64,000 nt of DNA from a bacterium (GTDB lineage Bacteria > Vulcanimicrobiota > Xenobia > Xenobiales > Xenobiaceae), in assembly GCA_022839105.1 (NCBI GenBank), contig JALHDH010000022.1, positions 1,405 through 65,404 of the forward strand. Reading direction: 5' to 3'. A program made the position numbers and the translations under genes. Positions 47,668-57,467 of this stretch are shown here, piece by piece. Position 1 is the stretch's first letter; every line of letters begins with the position of its first letter. The notes under the pieces are model-generated. The model did not search any database and had not been told where the DNA came from. It saw only the letters and a program-made list of their open reading frames with translations.

Positions 47668-48111
47668 ATGCTCGAGACCCTCTCTCCTCCTGCCACTCCT
47701 GCTCCGCGACTGGGCGGCCTGGACCTTGCAGGGGTCATCCTCTCCGGGCTCTGCCTGCTACACTGCACCTTGCTCCCCGTGGCGTTGGCCATGCTCCCCT
47801 TCGTCGGGATCCACTATCACGCGGACGAGCGTCTGCATCTGTTGACCACGGTCCTGGTGGTCCCCGTGGCCATGCTGGCCTTGATCACCGGCTTCCGCCG
47901 CCATCGGCAGTCCTGGATCCCGACCCTGGGCATCTCGGGCCTGGTCCTGATCCTGGGGGCTCCGTTGATGCATGACACCCTGGGGCACTTTGCCGAGGCC
48001 ATGCTGACCGCGGTGGGCGGGCTGGGCCTCATCTGTGCCCACGTGGCCAACTGGCGCCGGCTGCATGCCCGCTCGGCCTGCTGCGCGCGCAGCTCCTGCT
48101 GCACCGGCTAG
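47668..48111 (+). CDS. MerC domain membrane protein (metal uptake)
   Basis: LDLAGVILSGLCLLHC, GFRRHR, AHVANWR; Cys-rich tail. Confidence 0.88.
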   Translation: MLETLSPPATPAPRLGGLDLAGVILSGLCLLHCTLLPVALAMLPFVGIHYHADERLHLLTTVLVVPVAMLALITGFRRHRQSWIPTLGISGLVLILGAPLMHDTLGHFAEAMLTAVGGLGLICAHVANWRRLHARSACCARSSCCTG

Positions 48112-48134
48112 GAACCTGGCGCCCCCCCCTCGGC

Positions 48135-48163
48135 AAGCGCGTCCTCCCGGGAGGGCGCGCTTT
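48135..48163 (+). terminator. Probable terminator after the merC-like gene
   Basis: AAGCGCGTCCTC-CCGG-GAGGGCGCGCTT then T. Confidence 0.55.
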
Positions 48164-48354
48164 GAGCTTCTTCCGGCGGGAGGGCCCCGGCGCGGAGGCG
48201 CCTTCCGGAAGGAACCCCCCTCTGCGTCGGGAACCCCCCGCAAGACCGGTGGACCGCCCCTGCCGGATCGACCTGTCTCGACCCGACCCGAACGGCACCG
48301 ACCAACTTCTGAGCCCCCCCCGGGGGCGATCATCACCACGAACGGAGACAGATC

Positions 48355-49566
48355 ATGACCCAGTCCACACCGACCCTCAACATCGCCGCCGTCCAGGCAG
48401 AGGTGGCCAGGCACCGCGACGACATCATCAAGTTCATGCGCGAGATCTGCGCCATCCCTTCCATGGAGTCCCAGATCGGCCCCGTGGGCGAGCGCATCGC
48501 CGAAGAGATGAACAAGCTCGGCTTCAGCAAGACCTGGTTCGACAGCATGGGGAACATCGTCGGCGAGATCGGTGAGGGCCCCCGGACCATCGTCTTCGAC
48601 AGCCATATCGACACTGTCGGCATCGGCGACCCCGCCGAGTGGGAATGGGATCCCTTCCAGGGCAAGGTGGAGGATGGAGTCCTCTATGCCCGTGGCGCCT
48701 GCGACGAGAAGGGGAGCACCCCGGGCATGGTCTACGGTCTGGCCATCGCCCACCGCCTGGGCATGCTCAAGGGCTGGAAGGCCTACTACTTCGGGAACAT
48801 GGAAGAGTGGTGCGACGGCATCGGACCCCACGCCTTCGTCGAGCACGAGGGCATCAAGCCGGACTTCGTGGTGATCGGCGAGCCCACCAGGATGATGGTG
48901 TACCGGGGCCACAAGGGCCGCGTCGAGATCGAGGTGATCTCCAAGGGCAAGAGCGCCCACGCTGCTTCCAACCACCTGGGGGACAACGCGGTCTACAAGG
49001 TCCTGCCCCTGATCGAGGGGATCTCCAAGCTCGAGCCCGAGCTCGGGGACCACGAGTTCCTGGGTCACGGCAAGATCACCGTCAGCGACGTGAAGGTCCA
49101 GACCCCTTCGATCAACGCCGTGCCCAACGAGTGCCGGGTGTACATCGACCGCCGCATGACCTTCGGCGAGACGGCCGAGAAGGCCATCGAACAGGTCCGC
49201 AACCTGATTCCCGAAGAGCACCGCAAGGACATCACCGTCGAGATGATGCACTATGAGGACCCGTCCTACACGGGCTTCGTCTTCCCGGTGGACAAGTACT
49301 TCCCGGCCTGGGCCCTGGACGAGGCTCATCCCCTGGTTCAGGCCGGTCAGAAGGCCCGCGTCCTGATCGGTCTGGAAGACGTTCCCTCCAGCAAGTGGAA
49401 CTTCTCGACCAACGGCATCTACTGGATGGGCAAGGCCAACATCCCGTCGATCGGCTTCGGCCCTGGCGATGAAGAGACCGCCCACACGGTCCGCGACAGC
49501 GTCAAGCTGGACGACGTGGTCAAGGCGGCCGAGTTCTACGCGATCCTGCCCTCGCTGATCCCGTAG
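48355..49566 (+). CDS. YgeY-family M20 metallohydrolase
   Basis: DSHIDTVGIG, EEWCDG, EFLGHG, IDRRMTFGET, YFPAW, KWNFSTNG, IGFGPG. Confidence 0.9.
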   Translation: MTQSTPTLNIAAVQAEVARHRDDIIKFMREICAIPSMESQIGPVGERIAEEMNKLGFSKTWFDSMGNIVGEIGEGPRTIVFDSHIDTVGIGDPAEWEWDPFQGKVEDGVLYARGACDEKGSTPGMVYGLAIAHRLGMLKGWKAYYFGNMEEWCDGIGPHAFVEHEGIKPDFVVIGEPTRMMVYRGHKGRVEIEVISKGKSAHAASNHLGDNAVYKVLPLIEGISKLEPELGDHEFLGHGKITVSDVKVQTPSINAVPNECRVYIDRRMTFGETAEKAIEQVRNLIPEEHRKDITVEMMHYEDPSYTGFVFPVDKYFPAWALDEAHPLVQAGQKARVLIGLEDVPSSKWNFSTNGIYWMGKANIPSIGFGPGDEETAHTVRDSVKLDDVVKAAEFYAILPSLIP

Positions 49567-49701
49567 TCGCTTCCTCCAGGTCGATCGACCTGGTCCGCAG
49601 GCCCGGACGGCAACCCTGCCGGCCGGGCCTGCGTTTTTCCCCTGGATGGGAAGAGAACCGCCTGTCTGGCGACCGGAGGATCAGGATTCGGATCGGAGGG
49701 A

Positions 49702-50865
49702 ATGAGGATGTCAGAGCGGATCTGTCCCCACTGCGGCGCCCGGGGTCGGGTCGATGCGGCCCTGTGCTGCGCGGAGTGCGGCACCTGGCTTGAATACGGG
49801 GAGGATGGGCGCCTGCGGGGCTTGCCCGAGGCCCTGGACTGCCCCTGCGGGATCCGCAACCCCGTCAGTCGGGAGGACTGCGAGGGCTGCGGGCGGGTCC
49901 TGCAGGAACGCTGCCCGCTCTGCGGGGGCCTGCATCCCCGGGGCCGCCGGATCTGTCCGCGAACGGGTCAGGGGCTCCCCGGACGGGGTCCTTCCCGCCT
50001 GGTCCTGGCCCTGGCGGGGGTGTTCCTGGTGGCCCTGGCCACCTGGGTCCTGGCCAGGCCGCCCGCCGGGTTGCCCGGGCTGGGGCCCCGCCTGGACGTG
50101 ATCTTCGTCCTGGATGCCACGGGCAGCATGGGAGACGAGATCGACGCCGTCAAGGAGCACCTGCGCTCCATGATCGCCCGGATCCAGGCGGGAAGCCCGG
50201 CTCCTCGGGTTCGCTTCGGCCTGGTGGCCTACCGGGACCACGGCGATGAATTCCTGACCCGGGTCTTCGATCTCTCCGAGGATCCGGCTCGCGTCGAGGC
50301 CGCTGTGAGGCGCCTGGAAGCCGACGGAGGAGGGGATACCCCGGAGGCCGTGGCCGAGGCCCTGCACGCCGCGATTCACCAGATCCGCTGGGATTCGGAC
50401 CGGTCGACCTCCCGGCTCTTGTTCCTGATCGGCGACGCCGCCCCCCACCAGGACGCCGGGCTGGATTTCCGGGCCCAGGTGCGCGAGGCCAGGGCCCGGG
50501 GGATCACGGTGCACGCCCTGGGGGGCAGCGGCATCCAGGAGAGCGGGGAGAAGGAGTTCCGCGAGGTGGCCGAGCTGGGCCAGGGTCGCTTCGAGTTCCT
50601 GACCTATCGCCAGGAGGTGGTCCGCGCGGACGGCTCGACCGGACACGTGTTGTACCAGGGAGGAGCCGCCTATGAGGCCTCGGGCGAGGATCCGGCCTGG
50701 AGGCGGGGAGCCTCCCGGCTCTTGAGGGAGGGCAAGGCCCGCGCCGTTCCGGCAAGCGCCGCCCCGCCGGCTCCGCTTCCCGGCGCCGACCTGCAGAACA
50801 ACCTGGACACGGTCCTGACCGAGAGCGTGATGGACGAAGCCCGCAAAATGGGGGTTTCCTATTAG
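49702..50865 (+). CDS. Zinc-ribbon + TM + VWA domain protein
   Basis: Several CxxC pairs, TM helix, VIFVLDATGSM (MIDAS), GGGDTPEA, IGDAAPH. Confidence 0.88.
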   Translation: MRMSERICPHCGARGRVDAALCCAECGTWLEYGEDGRLRGLPEALDCPCGIRNPVSREDCEGCGRVLQERCPLCGGLHPRGRRICPRTGQGLPGRGPSRLVLALAGVFLVALATWVLARPPAGLPGLGPRLDVIFVLDATGSMGDEIDAVKEHLRSMIARIQAGSPAPRVRFGLVAYRDHGDEFLTRVFDLSEDPARVEAAVRRLEADGGGDTPEAVAEALHAAIHQIRWDSDRSTSRLLFLIGDAAPHQDAGLDFRAQVREARARGITVHALGGSGIQESGEKEFREVAELGQGRFEFLTYRQEVVRADGSTGHVLYQGGAAYEASGEDPAWRRGASRLLREGKARAVPASAAPPAPLPGADLQNNLDTVLTESVMDEARKMGVSY

Positions 50866-50964
50866 GGGAGCCAGGGGCACCAGGCTCCCTCACCTGGTTG
50901 ATGCGGGCAGGCGAACTGGACGATCGGGCACCGATTCTGGTCCGGATCGGCTCAGGAGTGGCCT

Positions 50965-51762
50965 TCAAGCATGGGATCCAGGACCCGGGCTCGGCCCCCG
51001 GCGCCTGGCGACCCAGACGTATTCGTTGCCCTCGTCCACCGACTGCCCCAGAAAACCACCCTCCAGGCGCTCCAGTTCGAAGCCCTCGACTTCCAGCAGA
51101 AGCCTCCACTCGCGGCCGTAGATCCAGGTCAGCTCGAGGTCGTGGAGGCCGGACTCCACCAGTCGCCCCGTGGCATCGAACCGTTCCAGCCGCATCCGGA
51201 TGTGCTTGAACTGCTCGACCAGGTCGGAGCGGGGGCACCAATGGCTCTGGACGAGGCGCCCGCCATCCGGAGTCTCCGTCGCGCCATCCACGCGGACGGC
51301 GGTGTAGCGGGGCAGCAGGAGCGGGTCGGGTTGGAAGAAGTTTCCGGCGAAGCGGCCTCCGTCCGCCAGGTGGGCGGCCACCCGCCGCAGGCAGGCGCGC
51401 TGTTCTTCCTGGGTCCGCAGGTGCAGGAAGGCCCGGAAGGGCACGTAGACCAGCCCGAAGCGGCGGCCGAGGTCGAAGTGGGCCATGCTGGCCTCGACCA
51501 GCGTGACCCGCCGCGAGACCTCGGGTGGCTCCTCGGCCAGGACCTGCCTCGCCCGCCCCAGCATCGCGGCCGAGAGATCCAGGCCCACGACCTCGATCCC
51601 GTTCCGGGCCAGGTGCAGTCCGACCCGGCCGGTCCCGTAGGCCAGTTCCAGCACGGGCCCGCCGGCCTCTCGGGCCAGGGCCAGGTAGAACTCGCGCTCT
51701 CCCGCCATGAAGTCCTCAGGGTGGAGCAGGTCGTAGAGATCCGGACGCTGCGTGTACTGCAT
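50965..51762 (-). CDS. Class I SAM-dependent methyltransferase
   Basis: PVLELAYGTGRV, GLDLSAAML, HLADGG. Confidence 0.9.
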   Translation of the reverse strand: MQYTQRPDLYDLLHPEDFMAGEREFYLALAREAGGPVLELAYGTGRVGLHLARNGIEVVGLDLSAAMLGRARQVLAEEPPEVSRRVTLVEASMAHFDLGRRFGLVYVPFRAFLHLRTQEEQRACLRRVAAHLADGGRFAGNFFQPDPLLLPRYTAVRVDGATETPDGGRLVQSHWCPRSDLVEQFKHIRMRLERFDATGRLVESGLHDLELTWIYGREWRLLLEVEGFELERLEGGFLGQSVDEGNEYVWVARRRGPSPGPGSHA

Positions 51763-51974
51763 GGGAGGCCGGTTCGCGAGCCTTCGCGGCCCTCCTGCGG
51801 CCCCTCTCCAGCCTCGCGGCTCGGCGGTGGGGCACCCTGTCCTGCTGGACTGGAGCGGGCGCTCCGGACGACCGGCCACCGATGCTGGTCAGGACCGTCC
51901 CAGGAGAGGCCTTCAAGCATGGGCATCGACAACGTGGTTGATGGAGGAAAACCGTGCGGGAGGAGCCTTTGGGA

Positions 51975-53153
51975 TCAGCCCGCGGGACTTGCGACGGGCG
52001 TCGGTGGATTCGAACGGGCTGCCTCCACGGCCTGCGCCACGATCCGGGTTGCCGTCAGGACCTCCTCCTCCGAGACGTTCAGCGGGGGCAGCAGACGCAC
52101 CACCCTCCCGGCCGTCACATTCAGCAGCAGGCCCGATTGGCGGGCCAAGGCCACCACCCGGCTGCCTTCGAAGGGTAACTCGAGGCCGACCATCAGGCCG
52201 CGCCCGCGCACCTGGGCAGAGGGTATGGCCTTCCGCAATTCATCCATCAACAACCTTCCCATGTGGGTGGCGTTTTCCAGCAGGCCCTCTTCCGAGAGGA
52301 CCCTCAAAGTGGCCAGGGCGGCCGCGCAGCAGACGGGGTTGCCCCCGAAGGTCGACCCGTGATCGCCGGGCTGCAGGGCCTCGGCTGCCGGGCCCCGAGC
52401 CCCGAAGGCCCCGATGGGGAGGCCTCCCCCCAGGCCCTTGGCCAGCGTCACCACGTCGGCGTCATGGCTGGCCAGGAAGGATCCGGTCCGGCCCATTCCC
52501 GTCTGGACCTCGTCCGCCACCAACAGGCAACCCGTTTCGTCGCACAACCGTCGAACCCGGGACAGGAAGTCGGGGGGAGGCACTCGGATGCCGCCTTCGC
52601 CCTGGATCGGCTCGACGACCACGGCGGCCACGGTTTCATCCAGGACCTCGGCCAGGGCCTGGATGTCGCCAAAGGGAACGAAGGTGAACCCCTCGGGCAT
52701 CGGGCCGAAGCCAGCCCTGAAGTCAGGCCTGTCGGTGGCCGCCAAAGTCGCCATGGTTCGACCGTGGAATGAACCCTGCATGGCGACCAGGCGCACCCGT
52801 CGGGCCTGGCCCAGGCGGTGGAAGTGCTTGCGGACCAGCTTGAACGCGCCCTCATTGGCCTCTGCGCCGCTGTTGCAGAGGAAGACCCGCTCGCCGACTC
52901 CTCGACGCACCAACTCCCGGGCCAGTTTCGAACCCGGGCTTGAGTGATACAGGTTCGAACAGTGCAGTAACTGGCCCGCTTGATCCCGGATGGCCTTGAC
53001 GACGGCCGGGTGGCAGTGCCCCACCCCGTTGACGGCGAGACCCCCCAAGAAATCCAGATAGCTGCGCCCGTCGGCGTCCCAGACACGGCTGCCCAGGCCC
53101 CGGACGATTTCCAGGGGTTGCCGGGCATAGGTACACATCAAGCAGTCTGGCAC
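51975..53153 (-). CDS. argD: Acetylornithine aminotransferase
   Basis: NSGAEANE, SFHGRT, EPIQGEGG, DEVQTGMGRTG, LAKGLGGG. Confidence 0.95.
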   Translation of the reverse strand: MPDCLMCTYARQPLEIVRGLGSRVWDADGRSYLDFLGGLAVNGVGHCHPAVVKAIRDQAGQLLHCSNLYHSSPGSKLARELVRRGVGERVFLCNSGAEANEGAFKLVRKHFHRLGQARRVRLVAMQGSFHGRTMATLAATDRPDFRAGFGPMPEGFTFVPFGDIQALAEVLDETVAAVVVEPIQGEGGIRVPPPDFLSRVRRLCDETGCLLVADEVQTGMGRTGSFLASHDADVVTLAKGLGGGLPIGAFGARGPAAEALQPGDHGSTFGGNPVCCAAALATLRVLSEEGLLENATHMGRLLMDELRKAIPSAQVRGRGLMVGLELPFEGSRVVALARQSGLLLNVTAGRVVRLLPPLNVSEEEVLTATRIVAQAVEAARSNPPTPVASPAG

Positions 53154-54013
53154 AAGGCCTCCTCACAGGTCGTGACGGTGGTGCCTGCGGCCCGCCCTGG
53201 AACCAGGGCGTCCCGCAGGGCGTGGGGGCGGCGCCCGTCCAGGACCTGCACGGTCTGCACCCCGGCCGACAGGGTCTGCAGGACGGCCTCGACCTTCGGG
53301 ATCATCCCTCCCTGTACGGCCCCTCCGGCCTTCAGTTGCCGCAGTTCCTGACCGGTACAGTTCCGCATGGCTGTTTCGGGGTCGTCGGGGTTGGTGCGGA
53401 TGCCGTCGACGTCGGTCAGCAGGACCAACCGACTGGCGTTCAGGGCGGCGGCCACCGCGGAGGCGATTGTGTCTGCGTTCACGTTGTAGGCCTGCCCCCC
53501 GGCATCCGCACCCAGAGGCGCTACGACCGGCACGAAACCGGACCCCAGGAGCGTCTGCAGCAGGTCGGGATTGACCGCGGACACTTCGCCCACCAGACCC
53601 AGGTCCGCACTCTTGCCGGTCACCCGGACCGTCCCGCCGTCCCCGGCGCAGAAGCCCACTGCCGGGATGCCCAGGGCCTGCAGCCCTGCAACCAGGGCCC
53701 GGTTGGTACTGCCGACCAGGACCCGTTGGGTCACCACCAGGGCCGCTTCGTCGGTCACCCGCAGGCCGCCCACGAAACGGGGCTCCAATCCCTGTCTGCG
53801 CATTTCCTGGCTGACCTCGGGACCGCCGCCGTGGACCAGCACGACCCGGACCCCCTGGCCGTGCAGTCGGGCCACGTCCTGCAGGCAGGCGGCACGCAGA
53901 TCGGAGTCTACCATCGCGGCCCCTCCGTATTTCACCACCACTGTGGTGCCGGAGATTCGGTGGGCGGTTCGGGGTCCGATTTCGATCGGGGGATTCTTCA
54001 GGGTCTGGTTCAC
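53138..54013 (-). CDS. argB: Acetylglutamate kinase
   Basis: VVKYGGAAM, VHGGGP, GLRVTD, NVNADT, GGMIPK; GTG overlaps argJ stop. Confidence 0.95.
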   Translation of the reverse strand: MNQTLKNPPIEIGPRTAHRISGTTVVVKYGGAAMVDSDLRAACLQDVARLHGQGVRVVLVHGGGPEVSQEMRRQGLEPRFVGGLRVTDEAALVVTQRVLVGSTNRALVAGLQALGIPAVGFCAGDGGTVRVTGKSADLGLVGEVSAVNPDLLQTLLGSGFVPVVAPLGADAGGQAYNVNADTIASAVAAALNASRLVLLTDVDGIRTNPDDPETAMRNCTGQELRQLKAGGAVQGGMIPKVEAVLQTLSAGVQTVQVLDGRRPHALRDALVPGRAAGTTVTTCEEALCQTA

Positions 54014-55149
54014 GTGCGATAGCTCCCGTTGATTTCCACGTAGCGTTCCGTCAGGTCGCATCCCCAGGCGGTCGAGCAGGCCTCGCCAGCACCCAGATGG
54101 GCAAATAGCCGCACTTCCGGGCCCAGCATCTGCTGCCGGGCCTCGTCCTCGTCGAAGTCGACTGGGACGCCCTCTCGGCAGACGACCACGGTCCCGATGC
54201 GGATTTCGACGTCTTCCGGGCGGAATTCGGCGCCGGAGCAACCCAGGGCCGCCAGGATCCGGCCCCAGTTCGGGTCTGCTCCGTAGATGGCGGTTTTCAC
54301 CAGACTGGAACCGGCCACGACTCGGGCCGCCTGGCGGGCCTCGCCAGGACTGCCGGCGCCCTCGACCCGAACCTCCACCAGGCGCGTGGCCCCCTCGCCG
54401 TCCCGAGCGATGGCTCGGGCCAACCGGGCGCAGACCTCGGTGAGGGTCTCACGGAATTCATCCCGCAGGGGGCCAGGCAGGAACTCCCGGCCGCCCGCCA
54501 GCAGGACCACCATGTCGTTGGTGCTGGTGTCGCCGTCCACGGTCACCTGGTGGAAGGAGCGGTCGACCGCCTCCTTCAGCGCCGCCTGGAGTTCGGGTTG
54601 GGGGATGATGGCGTTGATGACCAGGAACCCCAGCATGGTGGCCATGTTGGGGTGAATCATGCCGGAACCTTTGGCGATCCCGGTCAGCGTGAAGTCTCCG
54701 ACCCGTGCAGTGGCCAACTTGGGAACCGTGTCGGTCGTCATGATCGCCCGAGCAGCCTGCTCCCAGGTTCCTCCCAATCCGCAGGCCTCGTCCAGGCCCG
54801 TCAGGATCCCGTCCATCGGCAGAAGTACCCCGATGACCCCGGTAGAAGCGACCAGAACGGATTCTTCCGGAATGCCCAGCAGTCCGGCCGCATGGGCCGC
54901 GGTGGTCCGGGCGTCCCTGCGACCCTGCGGACCGGTGCAAGCATTGGCGTTGCAGGAATTGCACACCAGGGCCCGGATCGGGTTGAGCATGCGCTCCTGC
55001 GTCAGGAGCACCGGCGCCGCCTTCACCCGGTTGGTCGTGAAGACGCCTGCGGCGACGCAGGGATGGTCCGCGAACAACACTGCCAGGTCCGGTTCGCCGG
55101 AGGCGCGCAAGCCGGCTGAGGCGGTGCCGACCCGGAATCCTGGAATCAT
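54010..55149 (-). CDS. argJ: Ornithine acetyltransferase ArgJ
   Basis: STGVIG, IMTTDT, KGSGMIHPNMATML, DGDTSTND, DGEGAT. Confidence 0.97.
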   Translation of the reverse strand: MIPGFRVGTASAGLRASGEPDLAVLFADHPCVAAGVFTTNRVKAAPVLLTQERMLNPIRALVCNSCNANACTGPQGRRDARTTAAHAAGLLGIPEESVLVASTGVIGVLLPMDGILTGLDEACGLGGTWEQAARAIMTTDTVPKLATARVGDFTLTGIAKGSGMIHPNMATMLGFLVINAIIPQPELQAALKEAVDRSFHQVTVDGDTSTNDMVVLLAGGREFLPGPLRDEFRETLTEVCARLARAIARDGEGATRLVEVRVEGAGSPGEARQAARVVAGSSLVKTAIYGADPNWGRILAALGCSGAEFRPEDVEIRIGTVVVCREGVPVDFDEDEARQQMLGPEVRLFAHLGAGEACSTAWGCDLTERYVEINGSYRT

Positions 55150-55637
55150 GGGAGGATTCCTCCTGTATAGAGCATCGCGATCTCGTCGCACCGTTCCCGG
55201 CGCGGGCACAGACAGCAGTCCTTCCAGACTTTTTCGGGGAACTGCTCGAGGCCGACCCTCTGAAAGCCGCAGGTGGCGAAGAATCCGGGCTCTCGGGTCA
55301 GGCAGAACAGGCGCGAGTACCCCCTCTTCAGTCCCCTGCGGACCAGTTCTTCCACCAACTGGTGCCCCAGGCCGCGCCCTTGGTCTTCGAGGGCCACGGC
55401 CAGAGTGCGGATTTCCGCCAGGTCCTTCTCTATCGGCAACAGCGAACCCAGGGCCTGCAACCGACCTTCTTCCTCGATCACCAGGAACTGGTCCAGGCGC
55501 CGATGCAGGTCCATGGGGCTTCTTGGAAGCAACAGCCCCTGCCTGGCATACAGGTCCACCAGTCGAGCCATGCCCTTCACATCGGAAGGTGCAGCCGGGC
55601 GCAATCCTGTCTGCATCATTGTGGCCTGCACCCTCAT
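55146..55637 (-). CDS. argA: Short GNAT-type N-acetylglutamate synthase (ArgA-like)
   Basis: LLPRS, LAEIRTLAV, QGRGLG, PEKVWKDCCLCP...CDEIAM; inside the arg operon. Confidence 0.85.
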   Translation of the reverse strand: MRVQATMMQTGLRPAAPSDVKGMARLVDLYARQGLLLPRSPMDLHRRLDQFLVIEEEGRLQALGSLLPIEKDLAEIRTLAVALEDQGRGLGHQLVEELVRRGLKRGYSRLFCLTREPGFFATCGFQRVGLEQFPEKVWKDCCLCPRRERCDEIAMLYTGGILP

Positions 55638-56659
55638 GGGTAGACCGGCACCAGATCGAGACCGGCGGTCTCGTCCATGCCGAACATCAGGTTCAGGTTC
55701 TGGATGGCCTGCCCGGCCGCCCCCTTCACCAGGTTGTCGATGACCGACACCACGGTGGCGCGCCCCGTACGCGCGTCGAATCTGGGCGCCACGTGGCAGC
55801 GATTCGAGCCCGTCACATGCCCGGTTGCGGGCAGCGTCTCCGAGCGCACCTGCACGAAGGGCTCATCCCGATAGAAGTCTTCATACAGCGGGCTCAGATC
55901 CTGGATCGGGGTCCGGGTGTAGGCCGTCGTCATGATGCCCCGCTTCATCGGCACCAGGTGTGGCGTGAAGGTCACCCTGACGGGCCTGCCTGCCAGGTCC
56001 GACAGGGTCTGCTCCAGTTCCGGGGTGTGGCGGTGCTGGCCCGCTACGGCGTAGGCTGCGACGCTGCCGTCAGCCTCGCAGAAGTGGCTGAAGAGGGACG
56101 TCTTGCGCCCGGCGCCCGACAGCCCCGACTTCGAGTCCAGGACCAGGAAGTCCAGGTCAGCCATCCCGTTTTTGACCAGGGGCGCCAGGGCCAGGGCCGC
56201 CGAGGTGGGATAGCACCCGGGGTTGGCCACGAGGCGGGCACCCCGGATCCTGTCACGATACAGTTCAGGCAGACCGTAGACTGCCTGGGGCAGCAGGTCC
56301 TGGCGGGGGTGTTCCACTTCATACCAGCGCTCGAAGCTCCGAGCATCCTTCAGGCGGAAGTCGGCGCCCAGGTCGATCACCCGGATCCCGGCATCCAGCA
56401 TTTCTCCGGCCAGGGCGGCGCTGGCTCCGTGAGGCAGCGCCATCAGCACGACGTCGCACCCCTCGAAGGCAGCAGCCGTCGTGGGGCCTGGCGCCTGGTC
56501 GATCAGCCCGGCCAGGTGCCCGTAGAGGGCCTCCATCGGCCGCCCCGCCGTGGAGTCGGCACTGAGAGCCGTGACCTGCACGCCGGGGTGGCCACGCAGC
56601 AGGCGCAGCAACTCGACCCCGACGTAACCTGTGGCACCAGCCAGACCGGCGTGAATCAT
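55634..56659 (-). CDS. argC: N-acetyl-gamma-glutamyl-phosphate reductase
   Basis: GATGYVG, ANPGCYPT, SGLSGAG, HRHTPE, DNLVKGAAGQA. Confidence 0.97.
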   Translation of the reverse strand: MIHAGLAGATGYVGVELLRLLRGHPGVQVTALSADSTAGRPMEALYGHLAGLIDQAPGPTTAAAFEGCDVVLMALPHGASAALAGEMLDAGIRVIDLGADFRLKDARSFERWYEVEHPRQDLLPQAVYGLPELYRDRIRGARLVANPGCYPTSAALALAPLVKNGMADLDFLVLDSKSGLSGAGRKTSLFSHFCEADGSVAAYAVAGQHRHTPELEQTLSDLAGRPVRVTFTPHLVPMKRGIMTTAYTRTPIQDLSPLYEDFYRDEPFVQVRSETLPATGHVTGSNRCHVAPRFDARTGRATVVSVIDNLVKGAAGQAIQNLNLMFGMDETAGLDLVPVYP

Positions 56660-56683
56660 CTTCGCGGACCTCCTGAGGGGGTC

Positions 56684-56712
56684 ACTATACACCTGGCGGC
56701 ATAGTTATGCAA
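56684..56712 (-). promoter_or_regulatory. argC promoter with overlapping ARG box
   Basis: Minus-strand TTGCAT-17 nt-TATAGT; imperfect palindrome GCATAGTTATGC resembling the ArgR operator. Confidence 0.7.
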
Positions 56713-56783
56713 TACCCGATCCGCCGGGCAACCGAGGAACACCACGATGCTGCGCGAAACGTCCCGTTATCCTGGAGGTTCCA

Positions 56784-57245
56784 TTGAAAGGCACGAAGCG
56801 GCAACGGCAGGCTTTGATTTTGGAGATTGTGCGGCACCAGGCCGTCTCCAGCCAGTTCGAGATCGTGGACTCCCTGGCGGCGAGAGGGGTCACCACCAAT
56901 CAGGCCACCGTGTCCCGGGACCTGAGGGATCTGGGCCTGGTCCGTGCCCCTGATCGGGACGGGCGTCCCCGCTACGTGGTCCCCGCCGAGAACGCCGGTC
57001 GCACCTGGGAGGAGATCTCGGAACTGCTGTCCGACCATGTGTCTGATGTTGACTGGAGTCCCCAGTTGGTCGTCCTGAAGACCGACAGCGGCGCGGCCCA
57101 TATGGTGGGGGTCGCCGTGGACTCGTTGCGGGAACCCGACATCGTGGGTACCGTGGCCGGCGACGACACCCTGCTGGTCGTCCCGCGCTCCGAGGCTGCC
57201 CGTGAGCGTCTGGTGGCCCGGTTTCTCGAGGTGGTGGGCGAGTAG
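56784..57245 (+). CDS. argR: Arginine repressor
   Basis: QATVSRDLRDL and GTVAGDDT motifs. Confidence 0.96.
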   Translation: MKGTKRQRQALILEIVRHQAVSSQFEIVDSLAARGVTTNQATVSRDLRDLGLVRAPDRDGRPRYVVPAENAGRTWEEISELLSDHVSDVDWSPQLVVLKTDSGAAHMVGVAVDSLREPDIVGTVAGDDTLLVVPRSEAARERLVARFLEVVGE

Positions 57246-57343
57246 TTCCGGGCGGCAGGCCTCCGACACGCCTGGCCTGCGCCGGACTGGACTCCAGTCC
57301 GCTCGCCGCCGTCCTGTCGGGTGCAGCAATGATGGCGGCTTGG

Positions 57344-57377
57344 TTGCATAAGTATTCATGTCATGCTAGTTTGATGC
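57344..57377 (+). promoter_or_regulatory. argG promoter with ARG box
   Basis: TGCATAAGTATTCA ARG-box palindrome overlapping TTGCAT-17 nt-TAGTTT, with a TG extension before the -10. Confidence 0.78.
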
Positions 57378-57467
57378 ACCAGGGCCGAGGCGCGGACAGG
57401 CCATGTGGACCCTGGCGGCGTCCGGGGGCTTCCGGCGTCTGCAACCCCAGAAGGAAGGCATCCCATC

